Translations under genes and position numbers: made by a program
Shown here: positions 37,407 through 48,696 of the stretch, in pieces
Layout: each line of letters opens with the position of its first letter
Position numbering within the stretch: position 1 is the stretch's first letter
Assembly: GCA_013239625.1 (NCBI GenBank)
Contig: MU053369.1
Location: 221,479 to 270,619 of the forward strand
Reading direction: 5' to 3'
Length of the DNA stretch: 49,141 nt
DNA from: Lama guanicoe
Taxonomy: Eukaryota
Notes under the pieces: generated by a model
What the model was told of the DNA's origin: nothing
Seen by the model: the letters and a program-made list of their open reading frames with translations, nothing else
Database searches by the model: none

Positions 37407-40400
37407 AGGGGAATGAGTTACACCTGCCTTAACAAAAAGAGCTGGTCGAGGGAACAGGGGAAACACCGTGTACTGTAAGACATATCCCCATAATGCCATT
37501 GCCCACCATCCTTTCATCAGGAACACAGTTGGAAAGAGAGGGATTATGTAGATATGTGCGACGTACACAAACTTTCTGACTATGTAACACTGAATATCTA
37601 CATGTGTAGCAAGTTTATGATATTTATATCTGCTTCAAGTTTAATAACAAGTTCACAACAAAGAGAAAATAAAACATTGAGGACTGGTAGGAGTATCATA
37701 GAAGGCCTTTCAATGCTCCGAATGGAAGCAAAAGCAGCTTCACCCCACAAACAATGCCATTAAGAGTCAAGAATGTTTATATTTGCTTAAGAAATTGAGA
37801 GTTACAACTTCCTGCTTTAAAGAATTGACTTCAAGACAGATACCATACAACAAGCAATGTCTATACTGGTGCTTTCTTAAAGCTATTTTTAGTTTCTGTT
37901 TTTCTGATGTACTCCAGAAACTCTGCAACGAAAACCTTCCATTCAAAGGCTTAAAGGAATAAAGAAGAAATAACACTGCATTCTTTTAAGTGTTCTCTGT
38001 ACTGAGAGTCACTTGCAAATGTAGCACCCTGTCAATGGTCTACATTTTTAACAATAAAGTCCTTTGCGCAATTTTTCAATTGCTATGTGACTTTGTGTCA
38101 GTCTCTCACTAAGAAGCAGAATGGAGTACCAGAAAATGACACATCAGGTCTAAAACTACAGATGTGGAAGATGAACGTCCACCAGGAAACAGCTAAGTGG
38201 GAGGGTAAGGTTTACCTTTTAAGTTACCGTAAGTGCAGTTACACCTGCTCCCTGCTTCCCCTGTGAAGTGAAGAGCTAGTCTTTTCCAGAAAAGCTCTCA
38301 TTCTGAGAACTGTCTTCTTTAAAATATTTGGAGATTCTTTTTTAAGTATTTTAAGTATTTCCCCAACTCTACATCCCATAACCAGTATTAAAATTATCCA
38401 ATAGCCTATTGTTACAGAGCATACTCTACAAGAGCTGAGGCTTCCCAGGGTTTGGATCCCAGAACTCTGCTACCAGATAATCCTAAAGCCTTGCTTCCAT
38501 AACTGACTCTTCTGCCAATTCCCAGCTGCGGGCAAATTCGGCTTCTCAGACCAGGTAACATTCTAACTCTGCCTACGAACACCCCACTGCCAGTAATGAA
38601 CTCTCAGACAGGAAGCAAAGAAAGCCCCTAGTGAGGGTTGCCTCCTTCAAACAGTCAAGATGCCAAGCAAAGATTAAACCTACTGCAAAACTTCTGAGGA
38701 CATCTCAGAAATAACATAGTTTCTATAGATGCCTACTATTTGCTCTGGAATAGTGATTTCCAATGGAGGGAACAAAGGACCACATGACCCAAGCCATTTT
38801 TTAAAACTGCACACAACCGTCCCTCTTCACGTGAGGATTCAGGCAAGCCCGTCTTACAGGTCTAGGTGTAACAGAATGACAGCACCTCTAGGAGTAGGGT
38901 GAAAGGCAGCGAGGTAGACTTTTAGTGAAAGGGGGTGATGTAATAGGCCCATCGCCCACTTACCTCCCACCACAGGACAATCATCTCAGATCGAGAGCAA
39001 ACACTTTAGGAAACAGAGGTTGCTTATGTTTTTATGGTTTTCTGGTGGAAATAATGCCCTGAGTCATGTGAAGTTGCGACTGCAAAATTGAACAGGGGAC
39101 CAGACATTTTCACATTCAGGACACAAATAGCCCCCAGGTGGCCACCATCTCTGCTCTCCCCTTTGCCTGTGCACCCCAAAAGCTGCAGGACTCCCCTGCT
39201 TGCAATGGCACCCACCACTTCTCACAAATTCCTGCCAAGTTCACATCACCATTTGTACTGCTCTGAAGTCCCTCCATTACTTTATATCCCTTCTACTTTC
39301 TCTGTTGTCTTCCTAGCTGCACTTGCATTCAGAAGCTGGTTACCACACTAACATTGCCTCTGTAATCAGTCCAGGATATAGGAAGTAGAGATTCAAGTGT
39401 AACCAGTCCCAGAACACTTGTCATGCCACTCTAGTTTCCCAACAAAATACTCTGGCTTCCCTCATCTCACCCAAAGAACCACTGCATTACTTAGAGGTTG
39501 TGGAAGTGGAGGGCTTTCTCTACTGGGAAACACTGTGTCTTGTGGTAGAGTTGTGATTTCAGTTTCTGCAACTAGTTACGGGCAAAAAAAGACATGTTCC
39601 GCAAATTTTCTTCAAGTGTTCAGAATTTAAACTCTTACTAGGTACAGAGCTGGTGGACTAACAGTAATCTACAAACATATGGTCATATTACCAAATAATG
39701 TTCATGTCTGCCTTACAGACATGTAAGAACTGAATTACACCTGCAGCCTGTAGGCCTTTAGAATTGGATGTGAAGCATCCTGTGAGATTAAAAAACCTCC
39801 TATCCAGTCACAGAACACCTTACAGACAACATCACATTAATGTCACTGAATAATTAGTATAGTCCATGTGTGGCTAAAAGTTACATCTCCAATTTCTCAG
39901 AGCTGGAAAGCAGATGTCTAGAAAAGCTGGAAAAGACCAATTACCAAAATGGCTCATCAGTTAAAGCAGACTCCTGCACCTCCCAGAGCAGAGGGCGGAG
40001 GGGGCATTGCCCACCACCCTGTCCTCCCCCAGGACATGGCATGTGGGGAAGCAGGCAGGAGGGGGTGGCTAGGGCTTGGAGCTGGAGAGGTGATGAAAGC
40101 AGGAGTGGAACTGCTCTGATCCTAGAACAACAGAGCCGTAAAAAGCTCGGCTTCAGTTCAACCCGCTCCCTATCCCACTTTCCCTCCTACCTACATGACA
40201 AACAGCACAGTCAGGCACTTTCTGTCCCTGATGGTGACTACTAGCAGGAAAGGGACCAGGGTAAAAGCATGTCCTATAAAAGATCAGTCTGATTTTAAAG
40301 ACTATGTTATAAACAATGAACAGCACTGTCACAGTGGGACACTTGTGTGGCGCTCAAGTAGGGAGGAGGAGGTTGAGGACCCATTTCCAGCACTTCCATG

Positions 40401-40909
40401 TCTTTTATCACTCCTATTTCTGACCTTTCCTTGCCACTTTTTGTAGCACTGCCATCACTGGCAGGTAAGGGGGCAGCAATATGACTTGGCCATTTGGCTG
40501 ATGGGGCTACATTTCCCAGCACTGGAATGAAAAGGCACTGGAAGAGGATCAGCTGGAAGATGTGAACCGCGGTCCTGGCCTGTGCCAAACACTGACCAGG
40601 TGACCCTGGGTTAGGCTCTTAGTCTCTCTGGGCTTCCGGCTGTTTACTTATAAAAGAAGGTTTTGTCGTTCCACAAATATACCCAATATGAAATGTAATG
40701 TGAATGTCAAACATAATGACATCTCACCTGCTTGCCTCAGGGAACTGTACAAGCACTGAACTCTATGTGAATGTAAGCACAGAGCTAAGAAAACTGTTGT
40801 GGTAAAGCACTAAACTGAACATGGAGATAAAGTTTTATGGATTTTCTTGGCTTTCTTTTTTAATTGCAACACTGAATTAATAGTTATTAGCTGTACTCCA
40901 CACCACCAC

Positions 40910-41705
40910 CCCTGCGAATAAATGAAGTAGGTAAACACTGCCTGGATGCCTGCTATTGCCTGATGCTAAGCAGGGTGAGGGGTATAAAGGAGGCTGAACA
41001 AGGGAGTCTTCTCCAGTTACGAGCTAAGTGAGGAGACACATTGGAAACCACCCAGGAATGGTACCAAGTCATTACTCAAAGCCAAGATAACAGGCTACCG
41101 ATCATAAACAGTGCAGGAATACAAAGAGCTAGAAGTATTTGGAGTAAATAGGGAAGGCTCTATGAAGGGGATGGGGCTCCAACTAGTTCTCAGGGCAATT
41201 CCAAGCTGTTTTAACTGATGGCTGGATAGGAAAAGGCTGGTGACTCCTGGTTTTTAATAAGGCACACATTACCCTATGGGGCTAAGTCACATAATGTTTG
41301 GAACACATAAGGTAAGGCCAAAATGATGGAGGGCCGAGACTACCTGGCTGAGAGATCCAGTTGTGGTAAGTCTTTGACTTGACTCTAGATGTTGGAGGGT
41401 CAAAACTGTAGGTGGACTGAAGGTGGGGAAAGATATCCAAGAGTTCAAAAGAAGGAAAAATGTGGAGAGTGGTGAGAGAAAGATAAATCAAGGACCATTC
41501 CAAGCCTTTGGGTATTCAGGACCAGAAGAATGATGATCCCACTGAATAAGAGGAGATGCTGCAAGTGGAAGTCAGTTCAAGAAAAAGATTATAAAACCAG
41601 CTTTAGACAAGTTGAATCTGACATATGAGCTAAGAGTAGGTGTTCCTCTAAGACGCTCAAAATTCAAAACTGAAGCACAGATCTAGAGTACGGGCTTAAG
41701 ATGCA
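40910..41705 (-). mobile_element. Degraded L2 fragments
   Basis: aataaatgaag..cctgctattgcctgatgctaagc; ctttagacaagttgaatctgac. Confidence 0.45.
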
Positions 41706-41711
41706 GATGGA

Positions 41712-42878
41712 CAAGACACGATAAATCTCCCAAAAGAAAACATAGGCAAAGCATTCTCTGACATAAGTCTTAGCAAATTTCTCCTAGGGCAGTCTACCCA
41801 GGCAATGGAAATAAGAGAAAAAAATAAACAAATGGGATGTAATTAAACACATAAGCTTCTGCACAGCAAAGGAAACCGTAAGTAAAACAAAACAACCACC
41901 TACGAATGGGAGAAAATATTTGCAAATGATACGACTGACAGAGGCTTAATTTCCAGAATACATAAAGAGCTCACACAACTTAATAACCAAAAAAACAAAC
42001 AACTCAATCCAAAAATTGGCAGAAGTCCTAAACGAGCATTTCTCCAAAGAAGACATACAAATGGCCAATAGGCTCATGAAAAAATTCTCAATATCACTAA
42101 TTACCAGAGAAATGCAAATCAAAACTATAACCACTAATTACCAGAGAAATGCAAATCAAAACTATAATGAGGTATGTAATGAGGTATGAGCTCACATCAG
42201 TCAGAACGGCCATAACTCAGAAGTTCATAGAGAGGCTGTGGAGAAAAGGGAACACTCTTACACTGCTGGTGGGAATGTAGTTTGGTGCAGTCATCATGGA
42301 AAACATGGAAATCCCTCAAAAAACTAAAAATAGACTTATCCTATGACCCAGCAATCCCACTTCTGGGTATATAACTGGAGGGAACGCCAATGCGAAAAGA
42401 TACCTGCACCCCAGTATTCATAGCACCACTGTATACGATAGCCAAGACATGGAGGCAACCTAAATGTAGCAACAGATGACTGGATAAAGAAGTTGTGGCA
42501 TATTTATACAATGGAATACTACTCTACCATGAAAAGGACAAATAACACCATTTGCTGCAAGATGGATGGACCTAGAGATCGTCATTCTAAGTGAAGGGAG
42601 CCAGAAACAGAAAAATACCAAATGATATCACTCGTATGTGCAACCAAGAAAAGAAAAGAAAAAAAGACACTGAATTAATCTACAAAACAGAAACTGACTT
42701 ACAGACTTAGTAAACAATCTTAAGGTTATCAGGCAAAGGGGGTGGGAAGGGATAAATTTAGGAGTTTGAGATTTACAAATGTTAGCCACTATATATAAAA
42801 AGAGATTTTAAATAAAGTTTCTTCTGTATAGCACAGAAACCTATGTTCATTATCCAGCAATAACCTATAATGAAAAAA
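41712..42878 (+). mobile_element. Lineage-specific L1 (ORF2 C-terminus and most of the 3' UTR) lacking its terminal ~120 nt
   Basis: aattaaacacataagcttctgcacagcaaaggaaacc..gaagacatacaaatggccaatagg. The 3' UTR matches 15090-15205 and then stops. Confidence 0.92.
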
Positions 42879-42979
42879 CCGATACAGCCACCAACTGAGG
42901 AAGCAAGAGAAGAAAGGAGAGTTAGTTATGCTGGGCTAGAGCCCACTTCTAAAATCCTTGTCAGCCACTGAGGCTGCCC

Positions 42980-43800
42980 CGAGTACACTGAGCCCTCCTC
43001 CCTGAGACAAGCTGACATGACATGCGTCCTGCAAACCTGGGGCAACAGAGGCCGTCCCCAGGTCTGGCCCTGGGGGAGATGGGAGCAAGTCCACCTGCTC
43101 CCCCTGGGGCAGCACCCCTCCCCGCAGACACCGCCCCCTGACCACACCGTGCCTGTCTCCCAGGAACCCACTGATTTGGAAACAAGTGATCCGCAAAACT
43201 GGGGCAGCGGTGGGGAGAGGGGCGCTGCCCCTGGCAAGCTGGTCGATTTGCCCCCATCTTCCCTGCGGCCTGTCCTGGGCTTGGCCTCTGCTGCCCCAAG
43301 CATTTCCCCAGGTCAGCCTGCTCTGGGGAGGAAGGTGCGGTGTTGTTGGAGGCAGTCGCGAGTTATGGGGGCTGCCCAGATGAGCCTGTGGATTTGCTTC
43401 AAACTCCCCAGCGGCATGGCCTGGGCTTGGCCTCTGCTGCCCCAGGCTCGTGGAACTCAGGTAACAGGTCAGCCTGCTCCTGGAAGGCGGGTGCTGTGCT
43501 GTCAGGGGGCGGGGGCGGCGGCGGCTGCGATGGCGGGATTGGGACTGCCCTGGGCGAGAGCGGGGATTTGCTACCATTTCCCATTGTTGCTGCAGCCATC
43601 CCAGCACACTGATCGCACCGCGCCCACCTCCCAGGAGCAGGCTGACCGCGAGACGTGCACCCTGAGAACATGGGGAAGCAGAGATCGACCCAGTCCATGC
43701 TGCGGAGGAATAGGGAACAAATCCAGGGGCTCGCACGGGGCAACTCCCATTCCATTGGAGGCCCTGCGACAGCACGGCACCCGCCTCCCAGGATCAGGCC
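42980..43800. repeat. Diverged GC-rich ~157-bp repeat array with an internal inversion
   Basis: Anchor motif ctcccaggagcaggctgac on + at 42998, 43157, 43628 and 43785; its reverse complement (ggtcagcctgct) at 43311 and 43467. Confidence 0.8.
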
Positions 43801-44103
43801 ATGGTCTGAGAGCCAGTCGGAGATGCCCCAGGGCCGTGTGGCGCCCTCCCACCTCCGGGGGCTTTACCCGTTCTCCTAAACCCGAGTGTAAGCGGCGACA
43901 AAGACGCAGAGTTCAAGGACTCTAATGTTGGGGTCGGTGCACCACGAACCACGGCAGCGGCCAGGACCTGCCTCAGGGCCCAAACAGGGACGCGCGGCCT
44001 GGACCTCACCTACGCACCCCTCCCTGTGCGCCCCCAAAAATGCACAGCCCAGACCTCACCCGCCGGCTCCCCGACCCACGCGCCCCCACCAGCGCCTCCT
44101 TAC

Positions 44104-44250
44104 CTGCTAGTGGCGGCAGCGGATCAGAGGGCAAGTGGCAGCCCAGACCCCAGGCCGTGTTCCTCTTCCAGGAGCTGGTCCAGGAGCAACCGGCTCCCGC
44201 CAGCTTCCACGCATTCTGGGCGGGTTCCGGCGTCCGCGCTTCTGTGCGTC
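44104..44250 (-). other. Candidate non-coding first exon (5' end uncertain)
   Basis: Consensus donor CAG|GTAAGG (intron begins at 44103) about 150 nt downstream of the GC-box/NRF1 cluster. Does not resemble ANO6 exon 1. Confidence 0.5.
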
Positions 44251-44310
44251 TGCGCGCGCTCGCCTTCCCCCTCCCGCCCTCTGCGCGCGCTCGCCTTCCC
44301 CCTCCCGCCC
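44249..44310. repeat. Perfect 31-bp tandem duplication
   Basis: tctgcgcgcgctcgccttccccctcccgccc at 44249-44279 and 44280-44310. Confidence 0.95.
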
Positions 44311-45433
44311 GCAGCGCCAACTGCCAGTTGGGGGCTCCTGCTGTACCGGACCTGGCCACTGGGGCCGGGAGGAGCCAGGTGGGGCCCCTCCTGCCCGCCC
44401 CGCTGGGTCTCCATCCCCAATGCCCCTATCCCGCCATCGACTGGGTCCTGGCGCTGAACTAGAACCAGGACCGCCCTGGGCCAGGCCATATCCCCAGCCC
44501 CACTCCCCCTGCTCACCTCCCCCTCACCGTTACTACCCTCCCACCACCGGCCAGGCTCAGTCTCCCACCAGACCTTGAAGACAGGGCTCCTTCTCCTCAC
44601 ATCAAGTTCCCTGCCCCGACACTCCATCCTGCTAGGTCCTAACCTATGGCCCCTACTCCCCCAACCTTACCACTCATGCCTCACCGCAGGACCCCCAACA
44701 TCCTGAGATTGTCCTCCCTCACCTCTCGGCCAGGTCAGTTCCACTCTGAGCAGCCCCTCACCCCTCAACCTGTCCCCCCTCACCACAGGATCCCCTTAAC
44801 TCCGAGTGCACCCCTACCCTGAGCTTACCCCCTCACCCCGTGGTTGGGGCAGGGAAATCCGGGCTCCAGTCATGATGATGACTGCCACCAGCGGGGGATC
44901 CGGCTTAGTGTGCACCTGCATAACTAGTGTCTGAGGCTACAGGGTGAGGCAGGCTAGGTTGGAGGTTCCAATTCCCGCCCTGGCGCCCTGACCCCCGCGC
45001 CCTGTGTCTCAACTGAGCTGGAGGGCCAGGGTGATCCTGGACTGCCCATCACTGTACTGTGGGTTCATTTGCACCAGGCCAGATGGAAGAGGAACTCAAG
45101 CTTTGAAAGTGTCCACGTTAGGAAGCCAAGGCTGGAGAGCAAAGCAGGCAGCTGCACTGGCCAGGCAACCTTGGACCCCGCCGCAATGCTGGTCCCTTGC
45201 ATCAGGGGAGACTGATCGTTGACTGGCCAATGAGACGTCCCCTGCCGTGGCATAGTTTATAGGCAATTGATGGGACTCTGACAGGTAATTTTAATCCAGT
45301 AATTGTTAACTTTCTTTGCAGGAGATTAGGTCCACAGTCATGGTGAACGTGGCAGGGCTCCTGCCTGAACCCCAGCCTGGGACAGTGGAGGACCTGCCCA
45401 GGAAACACCTTCTTAGCTCTCACCAAAAGGCAC

Positions 45434-45870
45434 TGAAATAGAAAAGAACAAGTCTGTCTCCATATTATATCTGTTCCTTTTCCTTTAACCCTGTGCCCTG
45501 TTTTCTAGGCTTAGTCTTGCTAGCTCTGCACCTTTTGTAAAACAATGTTGCCTTTAGCCTGAAATGTACAAGAGAGACTATACTCAAGTCTCTGCCCTTT
45601 AAGGATGTGAAAACCTTCGCACTCATAGAAAGATAACAAGTTGCAGAACAGAAAATAACATTTCTTTTGTTGGAGGTTTTACAGGGACACCATGCTCTGA
45701 CCCACGTGGACAGCTGCAAAGGATTCCAAGAACGAAGAAATCCTACATCATGAAGTTTGCAATAACCAACCACAGCCCCTCCCCTTTTTAGTAGAAAAGG
45801 AGCCTGAAGACTGACTTGGGGAAGACGGTTTCTCCAGGGCTTTTGTCTGCCATTATCTTGGTCTGCAGCT
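45434..45870 (+). mobile_element. ERV LTR (ERV1-like), 3'-truncated
   Basis: Starts TGaaatagaaaagaacaagtctgtctccatatt, with an LTR-type body and a TATA-like cccctttttagtagaaaagg. Breaks off before the expected AATAAA/U5 and terminal CA. Confidence 0.6.
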
Positions 45871-46074
45871 GTCCATGTGGGTCAGGTCATAGTGCAGGAC
45901 ACATCAAAGGACCACAGGTGCATCCCTTCCCCAGTGGTGCTGATCCTTAGAGCTGACCCCACCAAAGTGCTTCCACAACTTTCAAAGATGTCTTTCTCTT
46001 CAGTAACATGAATTCAAAATAATCAATATGTCATCAAGGCATTTTCAGATGTGACCTTCCCTGGGCCCTAACAA

Positions 46075-46230
46075 TACACACACATAAATACATACATATA
46101 CACATAAATATATACACACATACAACCAGGAAAGAGACAGGCAGACAGAAACACAAAGATGCAGAGGGAGAGAGAGAAACAGAGAGAGGTAAGACAGAGA
46201 GAGGGGCACTGAGACAGAGAGAGAGACAAT
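46075..46230. repeat. Compound (CA/TA)n and (GA)n low-complexity tract
   Basis: acacacacataaatacatacatatacacat...gagagagagaaacagagagagg. Confidence 0.8.
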
Positions 46231-47133
46231 GAACATTGGAGCTGGGAATGAGTGGAAGTCATGCACATTTTCATAACTCAGTCTATATGTCAGAACCCGG
46301 TCCCAATGTCCATCCACCCTGCAGAGGAGAGTGTGGGGATCACACAAGGACATGTGAACAGAAGGCAATAAAACTGGGAGCCATTGTGGGGCAGCCCATC
46401 ACAGAGTCCAAGATGGGACACCGGGCCTGAATCTGAACAAGACAGAATGACTTAGGAGGTTCTATGCCAAAGCAGACAATGACAGAATTGTATTTAATTT
46501 CAACCCACAAACACGGAGCTGGGAAGCAGGCAGCAAGGAGGATGACCTTCCCCAGAGCTCAGGGCGGACACCGGCCTGTGTGGGGTGTGCTCTCTGCTCC
46601 GCCAGCGCTCTGTGGGGTCCTTCCCTTGCTGGGTCTCTGCACGAGCTTCCTGTGATGCCAGCCCGTGGGGGTGACAGGTGCAAGAGGTGTTTATGGGTCT
46701 AGACACATGATGGCTTCCCTCAGAAGCAGGGACCAGAATGATCCCCACTGCACCAGTGGGGCATTGGGGAGACCCTGAGAGGCACGTGGCTTGTCCAGGG
46801 TTACAGCACTGCTGAGGACTGGAGCTGAGACTGAACCCAGCTATGTCCTCAGAGCTGCAGCCCTGGCTGCATCCAGGCCTCTCCAGGGCTGGTGGGGAGG
46901 GGGCTGAGTTGGTGTCACTGTGTGTGGACATGTCATGGGGTGGGAAGTGAGCCATCAGCAGCCTAGACAGGCCCTTGGGGAGCTTTGTGTAATGAGGAAG
47001 CTTGGGGAAGGGGACCCCAGGAAGTAACCTCACTTCCTTGTCAATAGAGCCCAACAGAACTTGGAACCGAAGTCACCAGGCACCAACTCTGTGGAGGAGC
47101 CCCTACTCAGCTCACTTAGTTGGAGACAGAGGC

Positions 47134-47268
47134 GTGTTCTGCTGCATCCCAACATCCCAAAGCCACGGCCCCCAGAAAGCCCGCAGTGAGGGGATGGGCC
47201 AGTGGTGCTGGCGCTGAATCAGGTCTCACCTCAGGCGCCCCTGGCCTTTTGGCCACAGGGGCCCAAAG
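47134..47268 (+). pseudogene. CDRT15/RALGDS-like first coding exon (A)
   Basis: Reads VFCCIPTSQSHGPQKARSEGMGQWCWR*IRSHLRRPWPFGHRGPK|gtaaca. Resembles the human CDRT15L2 start MFSCCFPTSRG...[22 protein letters not shown] (recalled from memory). Confidence 0.78.
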
Positions 47269-47692
47269 GTAACACAGGGAGGCCCAGGGCAGGCCCACCC
47301 AGGCTGGGCCACCGCTCACATCCCACCTGGGTAGCCCCATGGCCCCTTCCTGGCCGGTGGAGGTGGGGAAGACATTCTGGGGACAGTGGGTCCTGCCTCA
47401 AGCAACAGCAGGCTGAGGAAGGGTCAAAGGCCTGGGGGGGCCGGTCAAGTTCACAACCCAGGTCACAGCTGGCTGTCTGGGATGTGGAGAGCCGGGGCAG
47501 GGCCCTGCTGCCCGAGGTGGAGCCCATGCCCTCTCAGTGTGTCTCTTGCCTCCCGGGTGACTGTCTGAGCTGACCAACGTGTCAGCCTGATCTGGCAGCA
47601 GAGGGTCTAGTGGGCAGAAGCAGGAGTGTTCCTGGCCGGACAGGGCTCTGAGACCTCCGGGCCGGGCCAGCTGCTGGTCACTGTCATTGCAG

Positions 47693-47791
47693 AGCCAGAC
47701 ACCACAGGAGATGGTGGACAAGGACACCCACGCCATCTCCCCGACTGAGGGGCTGGTGTGCCACAATTCTGAGGGCCAGTGCAGGCTCTGG
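47693..47791 (+). pseudogene. RALGDS exon-2-like exon (B)
   Basis: cattgcag|SQTPQEMVDKDTHAISPTEGLVCHNSEGQCRLW|gtgact. Weak similarity to RALGDS SSTQEIGEELINGVIYSISLRKVQLHHGGNKGQRW. Confidence 0.6.
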
Positions 47792-47885
47792 GTGACTGTG
47801 GATATGGAGAGGTCCCCACAACCAAGGTCCAGAAATGATCGGGGCAGGCCCCCTGCCCAGACACCTGACACAGGCCTCTCCCCAG

Positions 47886-48001
47886 GGCTCTGCCCGTTGC
47901 TGACAGGCAGCTCAGCACCCCTGGCTCAGACCAGGAGCACCGTGCCCACTTCATTGTAAGTCAGGTGGAGAACCAGAAGCCCACTGAGGCAGAGCCCGAA
48001 G
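47886..48001 (+). pseudogene. RALGDS REM-domain C-terminal exon remnant (C)
   Basis: ctctccccag|..VADRQLSTPGSDQEHRAHFIVSQVENQKPTEAEPE|gtgaga against RALGDS VAYVQLNMPGSDLERRAHLLLAQLEHSEPIEAEPE. Phase-1 donor. Confidence 0.82.
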
Positions 48002-48307
48002 GTGAGAAGGGCGGGGCTGGTGCATGTGCGTAGGTGAGGGAGGGCCGAGGGCTGGGCCACATAGGGAGGCGTCCCCAGAGGCTGCTGCTGGGACCAGAGC
48101 AAAGACTGGCCTCAGACCACCTGTCTGGAAGAATTCAGTCACAGAAAACACCCAGTCGGCACTTGCTGGGTGGGAGCTGTCTGGAAAGCTCTGGGAAGGT
48201 TTCTGTCCTTGAAGAGGCACATGGAAAGGGAGGCACGTGGGTAAATTTTTCCTCTCTCACAGCATGAGCACTTCCACTAGACTGAAAGCTCTCTCCACCT
48301 CCAACAG

Positions 48308-48696
48308 TTACAGGTCCAGAGCAGGCGGGGGCAGGGGAAGATGCCAGAGACCAAAAACAGGACCATCAGGATCCAACAGGAAATCCCGAGCTCCCTCCTG
48401 CTGCTCCTGAAGATCCTGCAGCTCCTGCAGTTCCTGCTGCTGGTGAAGCTCCTGCACCTGCACCTGGACCGCTGGGCGACGGAGAACCAGTCCAGGCATC
48501 ACCACCCCCTGGGCCTGAGCCCCCTCTGCGCCCACCCACACCTTCTTCTCCAAAATCCCACCATCGGTCCCCTCCCCCACCCGAACTTGACTTCCCTTCC
48601 CCTGAAGATGTTTCTGTTTGGTTTTTCTTTACTTTCCTTTTTATGTTTCACATCGTTTATGGCATCTTTTATTTTGCTGTTTTAAGTTTTCTTTAA
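48308..48696 (+). pseudogene. Terminal exon (D): Pro/Ala-rich region plus C-terminal hydrophobic segment
   Basis: ctccacctccaacag| is a phase-1 acceptor matching the exon C donor. Open frame VTGPEQAGAGEDARDQKQDHQDPTGNPELPPAAPEDPAAPAVPAAGEAPAPAPGP...PEDVSVWFFFTFLFMFHIVYGIFYFAVLSFL*. Confidence 0.72.

Larger units (their letters stand above)
43480..44470. promoter_or_regulatory. CpG island / probable promoter
   Basis: Dense CpG by eye, GC boxes (cccgccc), an ETS-like ttccgg near 44225 and an NRF1-like tgcgcgcgc twice. Sharp contrast with the CpG-poor ANO6 block. Confidence 0.75.

Noticed and set aside
42936..43925. Long ORFs of 302 aa (+) and 279 aa (-)
   Set aside because: They lie in a GC-rich repeat array where stop codons are scarce, overlap on both strands and show no recognisable protein similarity.
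47907..47955. HPWL kinase-like motif in an alternative frame, with a gtaagt donor at 47956
   Set aside because: No other kinase motifs are nearby, and the RALGDS-matching frame reading through to 48001 explains the segment better.
48308..48685. Leu-rich ORF 48341-48685 (+) and Gln-rich ORF 48308-48580 (-)
   Set aside because: These are shadow frames of the Pro/Ala-rich exon D. Only the third frame is in phase with the upstream RALGDS-like exon.
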